DNA from: Ranitomeya imitator
Taxonomy: Eukaryota
DNA length: 64,000 nt
Assembly: GCF_032444005.1 (NCBI RefSeq)
Contig: NW_027193546.1
Span: forward strand, 310,001-374,000
Direction of reading: 5' to 3'
Positions 12,301-24,300 of this stretch are shown here, piece after piece (position 1 is the stretch's first letter; every line of letters begins with the position of its first letter). The notes below the pieces were generated by a model. That model ran no database searches. It saw only the letters and a list, made by a program, of their open reading frames with translations, and was not told where the DNA came from. The position numbers were made by a program, and so were the translations under genes.

Positions 12301-15300
12301 CCTTCTCTACCAGTGGATCCCTTAGTTTCACTCCCCCCCTCCCCCCAGATCATGTGATACTCATATTATCAGTGCCAAGGTGTATAACTTTACATGACTC
12401 CACATTAAACCTCATCTGATAATCGGATGCCAAAAAAATCTAGTTTATCCAAGCAGCTGAAGATCTTGTATAGACGGCACTATGCCACCTAGTGTGATTT
12501 GGCCATTGCTGATATTTCCTTCCTCTTTCAGTCCTGACCCACAGAAGACAAAAGCGTCTGAGAGATACTCAAGAGAATCCGGTGGATGTTGAACCAAATG
12601 GCCAAATCCCAGAGGTAGTTTCTCTTAGAGATCAGACATCTTTGTGAGATTTTGTACTTTGTTAATTAAAATCGTCTTTGTTGCTCCTACCAGCCAATCA
12701 CAGATCAGCTTTGATTTTTCTAAACCTTTTCAAAAAATAAAAAAAATGAAAGCTGAGTTCTGGTTGCTATGTGCAATAAATGAGGCCCATTGTGTGTTCT
12801 ATAGAAAATGGTGGCGTAATAACTTTATAGTTATTTCTCTGTGCAGAAAATACCCCGTCCGCTCACCCCGGTCCTGTGTGCCGATACTACAATTCCTACA
12901 GTCCGCTGCCCCTCGCTAGAACACTTCAGGCACAATTACCTGATACCCCAGAAAGCTGTAATATTGGATGGAGTCATCGATCACTGGCCATGCATGAAGA
13001 AATGGAGGTAAGATGTTACATCAGGGTGAATGGAGCAGGCTCAGCAGCATAGACTGCTCTGTACATGACAGGTGTCGACTAGCTTGCTCCAAATGCTGCT
13101 GTTAACCATTTAGATGCTCATTTAGTTTCTGAAAGCCACGTATGGTTTCTATCTGCGTGAGTGGAGTGATAGTTCAGACTCTCATACCCTCCATTCACTC
13201 TACCCGCACCCCTTAAATCCTTTGTCAATGCCATCTTCGGCCTCCTAGGAAGCCCTGTCTACAGCAGGGTTTCATAGGAGACCAGTAGTCTCCCTGTGTA
13301 CTGCAATGTATATAGTACAAACCATCAAATTATTTCAGATTTAAAAGGACTAAAAAATAAAGAGGGAATAGATAAAAAATGTTTTAAATAAATTTTATGT
13401 TTTGGGTATCACAGAGAGTGATCTATGAAAATGTAATTAACCGATACAGTTAACTACTTAAAAAAAAAAATCTATCTATAATCTATATCTATGCTACCAT
13501 TCAAAAATGTAGGGTCACTTAGAAATGTCCTTATTTTTGAAGAAAAGCACAGTTTTTTTCCAATGAAGCTAACATTAAATAATTCAGAAATACTCTATAC
13601 ATTGTTAATGTGGTAAATGACTGTTCTGCATGCAAACGTCTGGTTTGTAATGCAATATGTTCATAGGTGTATAGAAGCCCATTAGCAACAACCATCACTC
13701 CAGTGTTCTTATGGTATTTTGTGTTTGCTAACTGTGTAAGAAGGCTAATGGATGGTTAGAATACCCTTGTACAAGTATGTTAGCACAGCTGAAAACAGTT
13801 TGGCTGATTAGAGAACCTATAAACCTGACCTTCTTTTGAGCTGGCTGAGAATCTGGAGAATTACATTTGTTGGTTTCATTAAACTCTCAAAATGGCCATT
13901 AAAAAACAAAAAAAAAATATGTGAAGCTCAACGGTCTATTCTTCTTAGGACTGAAGGCTATTTCATGCAAGAAATTGCCAAGAAACTGTAGATTTCATGC
14001 AACAGTGTGTACTACCTTTAGAGGAGAGCACAAATAGGCTCTAACCAGAGTAGAAAGAGAAGTGTGAGGCCGCGCTGCACAACTGAGCAACAAGTACATT
14101 AGAGTCTGTAGTTTGAGAAATCAACGCCTCACAGGTCCTCAACTGGCAGCTTCATTAAATAGTACATGCAAAACGCCAGTGTCAACGTCTACAGGGAAGA
14201 GGCGACTCCGGGATGCTGGCCTTCAGGGCAGAGTGGCAAAGAAAAAGCCATATCTGAGACTGGCTAATAAAAGGAAAATATTAATATGGGCAAAAGAACA
14301 CAGACATTGTACAGAGGAAGAGAGGAAAAAAGTGTTATGGAGATGCAGAACAACTGAAAAGATGCTGGAAGAGTGCCTGACACCATCTGTCAAGCATGGT
14401 GGAGGTAATGCGATGGTCTGGGGCTGCTTTGTTGCTGGTAATGTGGGAGATTTGTTTAAGGTAAAAGGGATTTTGATTAAGGAAGGCTATCACTCCGTTT
14501 TGCAACGTCATGCCATAACCTGTGGACAGCGCTTGATTGGAGCCAATTTCATCCTACAACAGGACAATGACCCAAAACCACCTCCAAATTATGCAACAAC
14601 TATTTAGGGAAGAAGCAGCAGCTGGTATTCTATCTGTAATGGAGTGGCCAGCGCAGTCACCAGATCTCAGCCCCATTGAGCTGTTGTGGGATCAGCTTGA
14701 CCGCATGGTGCGCAAAATGTGCCCATCAAGCCAAACCAACTTGTGGGAGGGGCTTCTGGAAGAATGGGGGGGGGGGGGATTTCTCCAGATGCTCTCAGCA
14801 AATTACCGAGTAAGTGCTAGAATGCTAAAGGTCTGCAATGCTGGAATTGCTGTAAAGGGAGCATTCTGTGACGAAAACAAAGTTTGAAGAAGAAAATTAT
14901 TTCAAATAAAAATCTATTTTTCGACCTTAACTTTTATATTTTTTTTTTTTATATTTTTTTAAAACCTTTTCTATTGTAATTTTGCCATGCTTCAATAGCC
15001 TCCATAAGAGGCTATAAGCTGGCACAACTCGCTCGGCTACATAGAGGCGCTGCTCAGATCGCTCCTATGTAGCTGAATTACTGCATTGCCATGAGCGCCG
15101 GCAACAGGGTGGCGCTCACAGCAATCCGGCATCATCAACCATAGAGGTCTCAAGGAGACCTCTGGTTGTCATGCCGACACATCGCTGACTCCCGATCACG
15201 TGACGGGGGTCAGTGATGCACGTATTTCTGGCCCGATGGGCACAAGCGCTAGTTAAATGCTCCTATCGGCGTTTGACAGCTGCATTTAACTACCGTATAT

Positions 15301-18300
15301 ACTCGAGTATAAGCCGAGATTTTCAGCCCATTTTTTTGGGCTGAAAGTCCCCCTCTCGGCTTATACTCGAGTCATATACCCGGGTGTCAGCAGGTGAGGG
15401 GGAGCGGGGGCTGTGTAATTATACTTACCTGCTGCGGCGCGGTCCCTGCAGTCCCTGGCTTCTCCGGCGCTGCAGATTCTTCCTGTACTGAGAGGTCACA
15501 TGGTACCGCTCATTACAGAAATGAATAGGCGGCTCCACCTCCCACAGGGGAGGAGCCGCATATTCATTGCTGTAAATGATCGGTAACTGTGACCGCTCAA
15601 TTACAGGAAGAAGCTGCAGCGCCGGGGAAGCTAGGGACTGCAGGGACCGCGCCAGGAGCAGGTAAGGGGAGCGCAGCGCAGCGCTATAATTACCTGCTCC
15701 TCGCTCCGGTACGGCTCCGTCTGCAGCGTCCTCTAGCAGTGACGCTCAGGTTAGAGGGCGCGGTGACGTAGTCAGTGCGCGCCCTCTGCTGAGCGTCAGT
15801 GCTGGAGACGGAGCCGCACGAGGAGCAGGTAAATATTGAAAGCGCCGGCGTCCTGAGAAGAGAGGTGAGTATGTGATTTTTTTTTTTTTTTTTATGGCAG
15901 CACCAGCAGCATTCTAAGGAGCACCTATGGGGCCATAATCAAAGGTGCAGAGCATATATGGGGCACAGCATTCTAAGGAGCACCTATGGGGCCATAATGA
16001 AAGGTGCAAAGCATATATGGGGCAGCATTCTAAGGAACACCTATGGGGCCATAATCAAAGGTGCAGAGCATATATGGCACAGCATTCTAAGGGGCACCTA
16101 TGGGGCCATAATCAAAGGTGCAGAGCATATATGGCACAGCATTATAAGGGGCACCTATGGGGCCATAATCAAAGGTGCAGAGCATATATGGCACAGCATT
16201 ATAAGGGGCACCTATGGGGCCATAATCAAAGGTGCAGAGCATATATGGCACAGCATTATAAGGGGCACCTATGGGGCCATAATCAAAGGTGCAGAGCATA
16301 TATGGCACAGCATTATAAGGAGCATCTATGGGGCCATAATCAAAGGTGCAGAGCATATATGGCACAGCATTATAAGGAGCATCTATGGGGCCATAATCAA
16401 AGGTGCATAGCATATATGGCACAGCATTCTAAGGGGCACCTATGGGGCCATAAGCAAAGGTGCAGAGCATATATGGCACAACATTATAAGGAGCACCTAT
16501 GGGGCCATAATCAAAGGTGCAGAGCATATATGGCACAGCATTATAAGGAGCATCTATGGGGCCATAATCAACGGTGCAGAGCATTCTATATAGCACAGTT
16601 GTATATGGAGCAATAATGAACGGTATGGAGCATCTATTTTTATTTTTGAAATTCACCGGTAGCTGCTGCATTTTCTACCCTAGGCTTATACTCGAGTCAA
16701 TAAGTTTTCCCAGTTTTTTGTGGCAAAGTTAGGGGGGTCGGCTTATACTTGGGTCGGCTTATACTCGAGTATATACGGTAGTTAATAGCAGCGGGTGGAT
16801 CACGATTCCACTTACCGCTATTGCACGCACATGTCAGCTGTACAAAACCGCTGACATGTCGATACTTTGAAGTGGGCTCCGCGCCAAAGCCCACATCAAA
16901 CATGACATGTGCGGTACTAGTATTTTGCATGTCTTGAAGGGGTTAAAAAACATGTAGTAAAAAGCTATCAAAATGTCCTAAATTATGATAGTTAATATGG
17001 TAAATAATTACTGCTCTCCACGCAAATAAAATATAAAAAAAAACAAACAAAAAAAAAATAACACTTATGGGTCGCAGAAAATTGTACAACAAAATGGGCC
17101 TGTGAGTCCTGCTTTCCCTGCCCACACTGGTTGACTGTGTTCGGGTAGAAGTGTCAATCATTCTGTGTGAGCGGGGAAAGCAGGACTCGCAGGCTTTTTT
17201 TTCTTCCTGGCAGCATTTGCATAAAAATACTGAATACAATAATGGTAAACCTAATGATAGGCTGCATCAGTAGAAGTCTGGCTCTTTTATTGTGTTTTTT
17301 TTTTTACCCACACAGCATAGAGTACATCCAGAAGGTGGCTGGTTGTCGGACTGTTCCTGTGGAGCTGGGATCCAGATACACTGACGCAGAATGGTCGCAG
17401 AGCCTGATGACTGTCAATGAATTCATCGATAACTATATTCTGGATCAGGTAGGTAACAGTGCGTATAAGTGTGATCCATCATATACTGACGGGCTACTGG
17501 CCCTGATCCATCACCAGAAGGACATGTAGGGCTGCTGGTAAAGCTCTGGTTAAAGCCTTGACTTTTCTTGGCCTTTGCTCTTGCTGGTCTATCCTGAGGA
17601 TAGGACATCGTTATCCATTTACCGCTCCTGAAAAAGAGTTTAGTGTTAACCTTTCGTTAATGCAGTTTTATTAAGTTTCAAATCTACAATCTTCATTATT
17701 TCATTAATTCTCACTAGAAAAGGAGAATGCAAGGTGCACCATAGTGCAGAACCGTAGGTGCAGGATGTGTCCTACATATACAGACAAACAGTGTCCTAGA
17801 GGTATAGATGTGCTACTACCAGGCTCAACCTGCATCTATAGCAGTCAGCTGCAGCTGTTCCCATCTCCGGCTATGTTCACATGTTGCATTTTTTCCTGCA
17901 GGCAAAACCTGCATTCTTGGCAGACTAGAGTCAGCTTAAAAAAAGCAAGTTTGGCTGCTTTTTTTCATCTCCTGTCTATGCTGACAAAGTGTACTGCATC
18001 CCCCAAAAATATGATGCAACTTCCTTTGGTTTTTGCACTAAAAACGCAGCAAAACCTGGTGTTTTTTTTTTTCCCCCATTTTTTAATTTTTTTTTTTGCA
18101 CTGTTTTGCTGCATTTTGATTTGTTTTTTCTTGTTTATTGTATAGTGAACAAAACTATATCTCTTCCTGCAAAACAACCTGTCCCTTGTTGACAGAAAAA
18201 ATAAACTCTTAGAAGAAGGGGAGGAAAAAATACCAAATACGTAAATATTGCCTGGTTACGAAGGGGTGAGACTACGTTCCCACTAACCTATATTGCTTAA

Positions 18301-21300
18301 TGGGTGCAGGAATAATGCAACATCAAAAACTCACCAAAAGGCTCATCATGGGAATGTAGCCTTAATTGGTTTGTCCATTACTAGAACAACTCCTTCTTGA
18401 TGTAAATGTTTGGCCCTGAGAAAATAAAAACACTTATACTCGCCTCCTGTGCCAGCGCCGTTCCAGCGGTTTCTGCACTCGCGCTCCCGGAGCGAATGTC
18501 CCGCTGTTGTGACACGTGGTGTCCGACGGCCAATCAGCGCTGGCGTCACTGTCCTCGCCTTCTATCGAATTGAGCATGAAGCGGAAGAACGGGCTGCAGC
18601 TGATCTGACTTCATGTTCAATCTGCGCAAAGGTGGAGAAAGTGACGCCAGCGCTGATTGTTCGCCGGACACCACGTGTCACAACAGCCGGACGGGAGCTC
18701 CAGGACCGCGAGTGCTGACACCGCTGGAACAGCGCTGGCACAGGAGGCGAGTATAAGCTTTTATATTTTATCGGGGCCAAACATTTAGATAAAGAAGGGG
18801 TTTTCGTAGTGATGGACAATCCCTATTAAGCTTTATTTCTATTAAAAAACCTCCAAGACAAACCCCGGACCAAATGCAATAATAAATGTGTGACTGTTCT
18901 GTGCTGTAATTGCTCTGACTCATTGCTGTCTGCTCCCAGGAGCCGGCCCGCAGGGGATACCTCGCTCAGCATCAACTGTTTGAACAGGTAATTGGATTTA
19001 ATTGTATTTAATATCCTAATATGGAAGATGTCCAATTCCCGGGAAGACAGGACCACATGATGGCTGGGCAGGGAACAATCGCTGATTCACAGTTAAATGG
19101 GTTGTTAAGGATTAGAAAAACATGTTTCCTTCTGACCAAACCAGCGCCACCCATCTACAGCCCAAATCTATAAATGATGCAGAGCTGCAATACCACACAC
19201 AACCTGTAGGACATAGGTGGCGCTGTTTTTTTTTTTATTTGACAGAAGTTGACCATGCTTTTCTAATACTGGACAACTTTTATCCTCTTGCATAATGATC
19301 TCTACATAGTTGGTAAGTAAAGTCAGCAAAAATCACTGCACTCGTATGATTTTCAGATGCATAAATTCAAAAGTTTATTTAAATTGGGAAAGGGGGAGAT
19401 GTCAGGCGAATTGACGTTTCGGCCAGCCCGTGGCCTTGTTCACAAAACCGCTGTAACAAGCAAGAAAACAACACAACACTATAAGCGGGTCAATATATAC
19501 ATATATACAAATATACAAAGAGGACAAAGAATCCATATCAAAGTCGATAAGCTGCCAATGGACATATGATGTAACGATCAAGACATATTGTACAGAGCTG
19601 GAATGTACAAAAAGGTGGGATATACAAAAAGGGGAGAGAGAACATTATAATGGATTTGCAAAACCGGTACTGGAGGAAGAAGAAACATACCCTGTTGGAA
19701 CTCTGTTGCATGTAAAGAAGAATCCTTTAAATTATGTTGAGTCATATATAATGGTATGGCGATATACCTAAAGAGAACAATATAGCATGAAAACGCAGCT
19801 AGGGTCCTACATACCCAGGTAGAGGGCTAACAAGGAGCGGGCATCCCCTTAATAGTGACTAAACGTTAATTAAGTACCCTGTATAGTGCCCCAGTATAGT
19901 ATATTACAAGTGTAAACCAACATACTGACCCAGCTGGAACGCTAGACAACATATGCCCATGCATAAAAATCGTATCTGCGGCCGGAACCAATCTTGTGGC
20001 TGAAACATACGTATATATGAGGATGAGGCATAAAATCTGTACACTAACGGGATAGTAAAACATGAAGACATAATAGTACCTGGCTTGTGGATATAGTGGG
20101 TAAGATTATGTATCAGGTACTGGTCGTCCCGTATGTTCTGATATGTCCTCAAGGTCACATAGACATATAGCGCTATAGGCAGAACAGAGTGGAGAATATA
20201 TGTTGGATCAAGCCTTGTATAGGGAATAGTCAGTATAGTAGTAAAGTTTGTGGCATCACTTAAATACCTGTGCTAAGTAGGTATGCAAGGGACCCAGTGT
20301 ATTCATAGAAATGACCCCCCTTGAGGATATGGTATGCTGCCAGTAGGTGAAAAGATGTCGTCCCTGCTAGGAAGAGAAAAATCCATGCTATAGAAACCTC
20401 TCATAGTTAATGAGACACTTATCTGCTGGTGGTGCTGAAGTCTCACGTTTCCGTGGTGCAGGCAGGGCATAGGCGTTGGTGGCGTAGTGGAGGAGGCCGA
20501 CACAATCCTGTGTCTAGGCAATGGACCGCTCAGTAAAGCGCATGGTGCCCGGCGTTAGTGTACAGATTTTATGCCTTATCCTCATATATACATATATGTT
20601 TCGGCCACAAGGTTTGTCTGTTCTGTCCACAGCTCTATATTTCTATGTGATCTTGAGGACATATCAGAATTTACGGGACGACCAGTACCTGGCATATAAT
20701 TTTGCCCACTGTATCCACAAGACAGGTAGTTCTATGTCTTCATGGTTTACCATCCCGTTAGTATACAGATTTTATGCCTCATCCTCATATATACGTATGT
20801 TTCAGCCACAAGATTGGTTCCGGCCGCAGATACGATTTTTATGCATGGGCATATGTTGTCTAGCGTTCCAGCTGGGTCAGTATGTTGGTTTACACTTGTA
20901 ATATACTATACTGGGGCACTATACAGGGTACTTAATTAACGTTTAGTCACTATTAAGGGGATGCCCGCTCCTTGTTAGCCCTCTACCTGGGTATGTAGGA
21001 CCCTAGCTGCGTTTTCATGCTATATTGTTCTCTTTAGGTATATCGCCATACCATTATATATGACTCAACATAATTTAAAGGATTCTTCTTTACATGCAAC
21101 AGAGTTCCAACAGGGTATGTTTCTTCTTCCTCCAGTACCGGTTTTGCAAATCCATTATAATGTTCTCTCTCCCCTTTTTGTATATCCCACCTTTTTGTAC
21201 ATTCCAGCTCTGTACAATATGTCTTGATCGTTACATCATATGTCCATTGGCAGCTTATCGACTTTGATATGGATTCTTTGTCCTCTTTGTATATTTGTAT

Positions 21301-24300
21301 ATATGTATATATTGACCCGCTTATAGTGTTGTTTTGTTTTCTTGCTTGTTACAGCGGTTTTGTGAACAAGGCCACGGGCTGGCCGAAACGTCAATTCGCC
21401 TGACATCTCCCCCTTTCCCAATTTAAATAAACTTTTGAATTTATGCATCTGAAAATCATACGAGTGCAGTGATTTTTGCTGACTTTATGACATATGGGAT
21501 TAAACATCCCGTTCACTAGCACCGTAGACTGTACTGATTGAGTGCTAGCTTTGATTCTTCTCTACATAGTTGGTAAGTAGATGGCAGATTTTGGCAACTG
21601 AAGTCTCTTAATTTTGTGACTTTTATAGTCTTGACTGGGTTCTCTGACTGGAAAAAAAACTATTAATGTATAACACAATGAACTGATAAAGGACGATCGG
21701 CACAGATTTGATAAACGATATCAGACCCCTTTCTCTTGGTGTTGACTCTTCACCGCCACATTCACTCTGTACAGACAGAGCGCCCTCTGTGTGACATGTA
21801 TGAAGGCGGCTGGTTGTGGACTTCAGTTATTAGCTGTGACTTCTCCTTCCCTTGTCTGCATCAGCCATGATAGAGAGGAGGGTGGCTTTGGCTCAGCTAT
21901 TGAATGGAGCCGGACAGCCAGCCCCCTCCATACATGCCACTGACAGAGGGCTTGAGGGAGATCTGCCTATGGCGAAACAAATGCAGAAGTGGAGAGTCGG
22001 AACCAGGAGCAATTTCTTTTGTCAGACAACACCCTTACTGAAATTCTCCAAAAAGTAGGGCCCAACATAAGTAGCGTTAGTTAAATGCCGCTGTCAAACT
22101 CTGACAGCGTCATTTAACGCGCTCTTTTGGACATCGGGCTGGAACTATGCGCAACGCTGACCCCCGTCACGTGATCGGGGGTCATCGGTGCGTCGGCATA
22201 ACAACCAGAGGTCACCTTGAGACCTCTATGGTTGTTGATGCCGGATTGCTGTGAGCACCACCCTGTGGTTGGCGCTCATAGCGACTCAGCAATTCAGCTA
22301 CATAAAGGCGATCTGAACATTGCCTCTATGTAGCAGAGCCAATCAAGTTGTGCCAGCTTCTAGACTCCCATAGAGACTATTGAAGCATGCCAAAACTTAA
22401 TGAAAAATAGTTTTAAAAATATAAAAAAACAAAAAAATAAATTGCCCCCCCTTCGCCCCATTCAAAATAAAACAATAAAAAAAACAAACATACACATATT
22501 TGGTATCACCGCTTTCAGAATCGCCCGATCTTTCATTAAATAAGAGGATTAACTTGATCGTAAAACGACATAGCGAGGAAAAAAAAAATTAAAACGCCAG
22601 AATTACGTTTTTTTTCTAGTTGCTGCGACATTGCATTAAAATACAATATCGGGCGATCAAAAGAACGTATCTACACCAAAATGGTATAATTAAAAATGTC
22701 AGCTGGGCACGCAAAAAATAAGCCCTTGTGCAACCCCAGGTTTCGAAAAATGGAGATGCTACGGGTATCGGAAAATGGCAGGTTTTTTTTGTTTTTTTTT
22801 CTTAAGCAAACTTTGGAATTTTTTTTTTTACCACTTTAATACCACCAAGTTCATTATTTGGTCAGTATTTTACATCAGTATTTGTATGGCAAAACCAGGA
22901 GTGGGAGAAAAATACAGAAGTGGAGACGTGTTTCTCTAAGGCTACTTTCACACTAGCGTTTTTTTAAAATCCGTCACAATGCGTCGTTTTGCAGAAAAAA
23001 CGCATCCTGCAAAAGTGCTTGCAGGATGCGTTTTTTCCCCATAGACTTCTATTGACGACGCATTTGCGACGGATTGGCACACTTCGCATCCGTCTTGCGA
23101 CGGATGCGTCGTGCTTTGGCGGACCGTCGGGAGAAAAAAACCCTACATGTAACGTTTTTTTCTCCCGACGGACTGCTTTTTCCGACCGCGCATGTGCGGC
23201 CGGAACTCCGCCCCCACCTCCCCGCACCTCACAATGGGGCAGCGGATGCGCCAGAAAAATGCATCTGCTGCCTCCATTGTGCAATGCAGCAAATGCTAGC
23301 GTCGGAATCTCTCCCCGACGCATTGCGACGGGGAGATTCCGACGCTAGTGTGAAAGTAGCCTTAGACTTTTGCTCTGATTGTTCCACTCCTGGTTTTGGC
23401 TTACAAATACTGAGGTAAAATACTAAACTTGGCCAAAGAGTTCTTCCCGTCTTCATTAATGGCTATTGTCAGATACTAATTAACAATCAGTAAATTGATA
23501 GTGCTTGTAAAGTCTTCAGCCGTTATTGATAATCACATTTTTTTTTTTTTTAATTTTGTTTACAGCGGGTTGCCTTGCTGACCGACCACCACTGCTAGCA
23601 GAACTTTTAAGCACTGCTTTAAATGTTGCTGTGATCACGGGAGCGGGCTGTTACCTCCGAATCCTGGCAAGCTTCTGCACCGTGTTTAATGAGATAGACA
23701 TCAGTGGTGGTCAGTTTCCCTAGAAACGACCTATAAAGAAAAATATATCTCAAGAACGACTGAAAATGTTACTGAATTGTAAATGTGCTTGTTTGTTTTT
23801 ATGCACGATCTGTGAAGATGGGAACAACCTTTTCACGGAAACCTCTTAAAAGATGAAATCTGGCCCAGACACATGAGAGAAGATCAGTCTGACATTGGAT
23901 CCAGAAGGACCAGATCTCCTATGGAGAGATCAAACCCCATTGACACTGCTCGGAGACTGCAGAGGGAAAGTTGCAACATATTGTTATGGCTTTTTCTTGT
24001 GTCTTGTGAACAGATACGTGAACTTAAGGAGGATATTAGTATTCCGGATTATTGCTGCCTCGGGGAAGGAGATGAAGATGAGATCACCATCAATGCTTGG
24101 TTTGGGCCGGCAGGGACAGTGTCTCCTCTTCACCAGGACCCTCAGCAAAACTTCCTGGCACAGGTGGGTGTATATAATATTTTATATAATATATATATAT
24201 TTTTTTTTCTTCCCATTATTATTATTATTTAATTTTTCAATTGGGAGGAAGATGCCAGGTTTCTGTAGCTATATATTTTTTTCTGTGCTGCAGATCGTAG

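Larger units (their letters stand above)
14920..16946. mobile_element. Partial Kolobok/T2-type element hosting a nested TA MITE
   Basis: Ends GAAGGGGTTAA at 16946. 14980-15290 is the reverse complement homolog of 22070-22400. Confidence 0.7.

Noticed and set aside
19357-21448. Mirror-image 70-aa and 65-aa ORF pairs
   Set aside because: They result from the palindrome; no domain motifs.
23526-23723. Possible cryptic exon/ORF after a strong polypyrimidine-AG in a KDM8 intron
   Set aside because: No homology recognised, in-frame stop, and not needed for the KDM8 frame.
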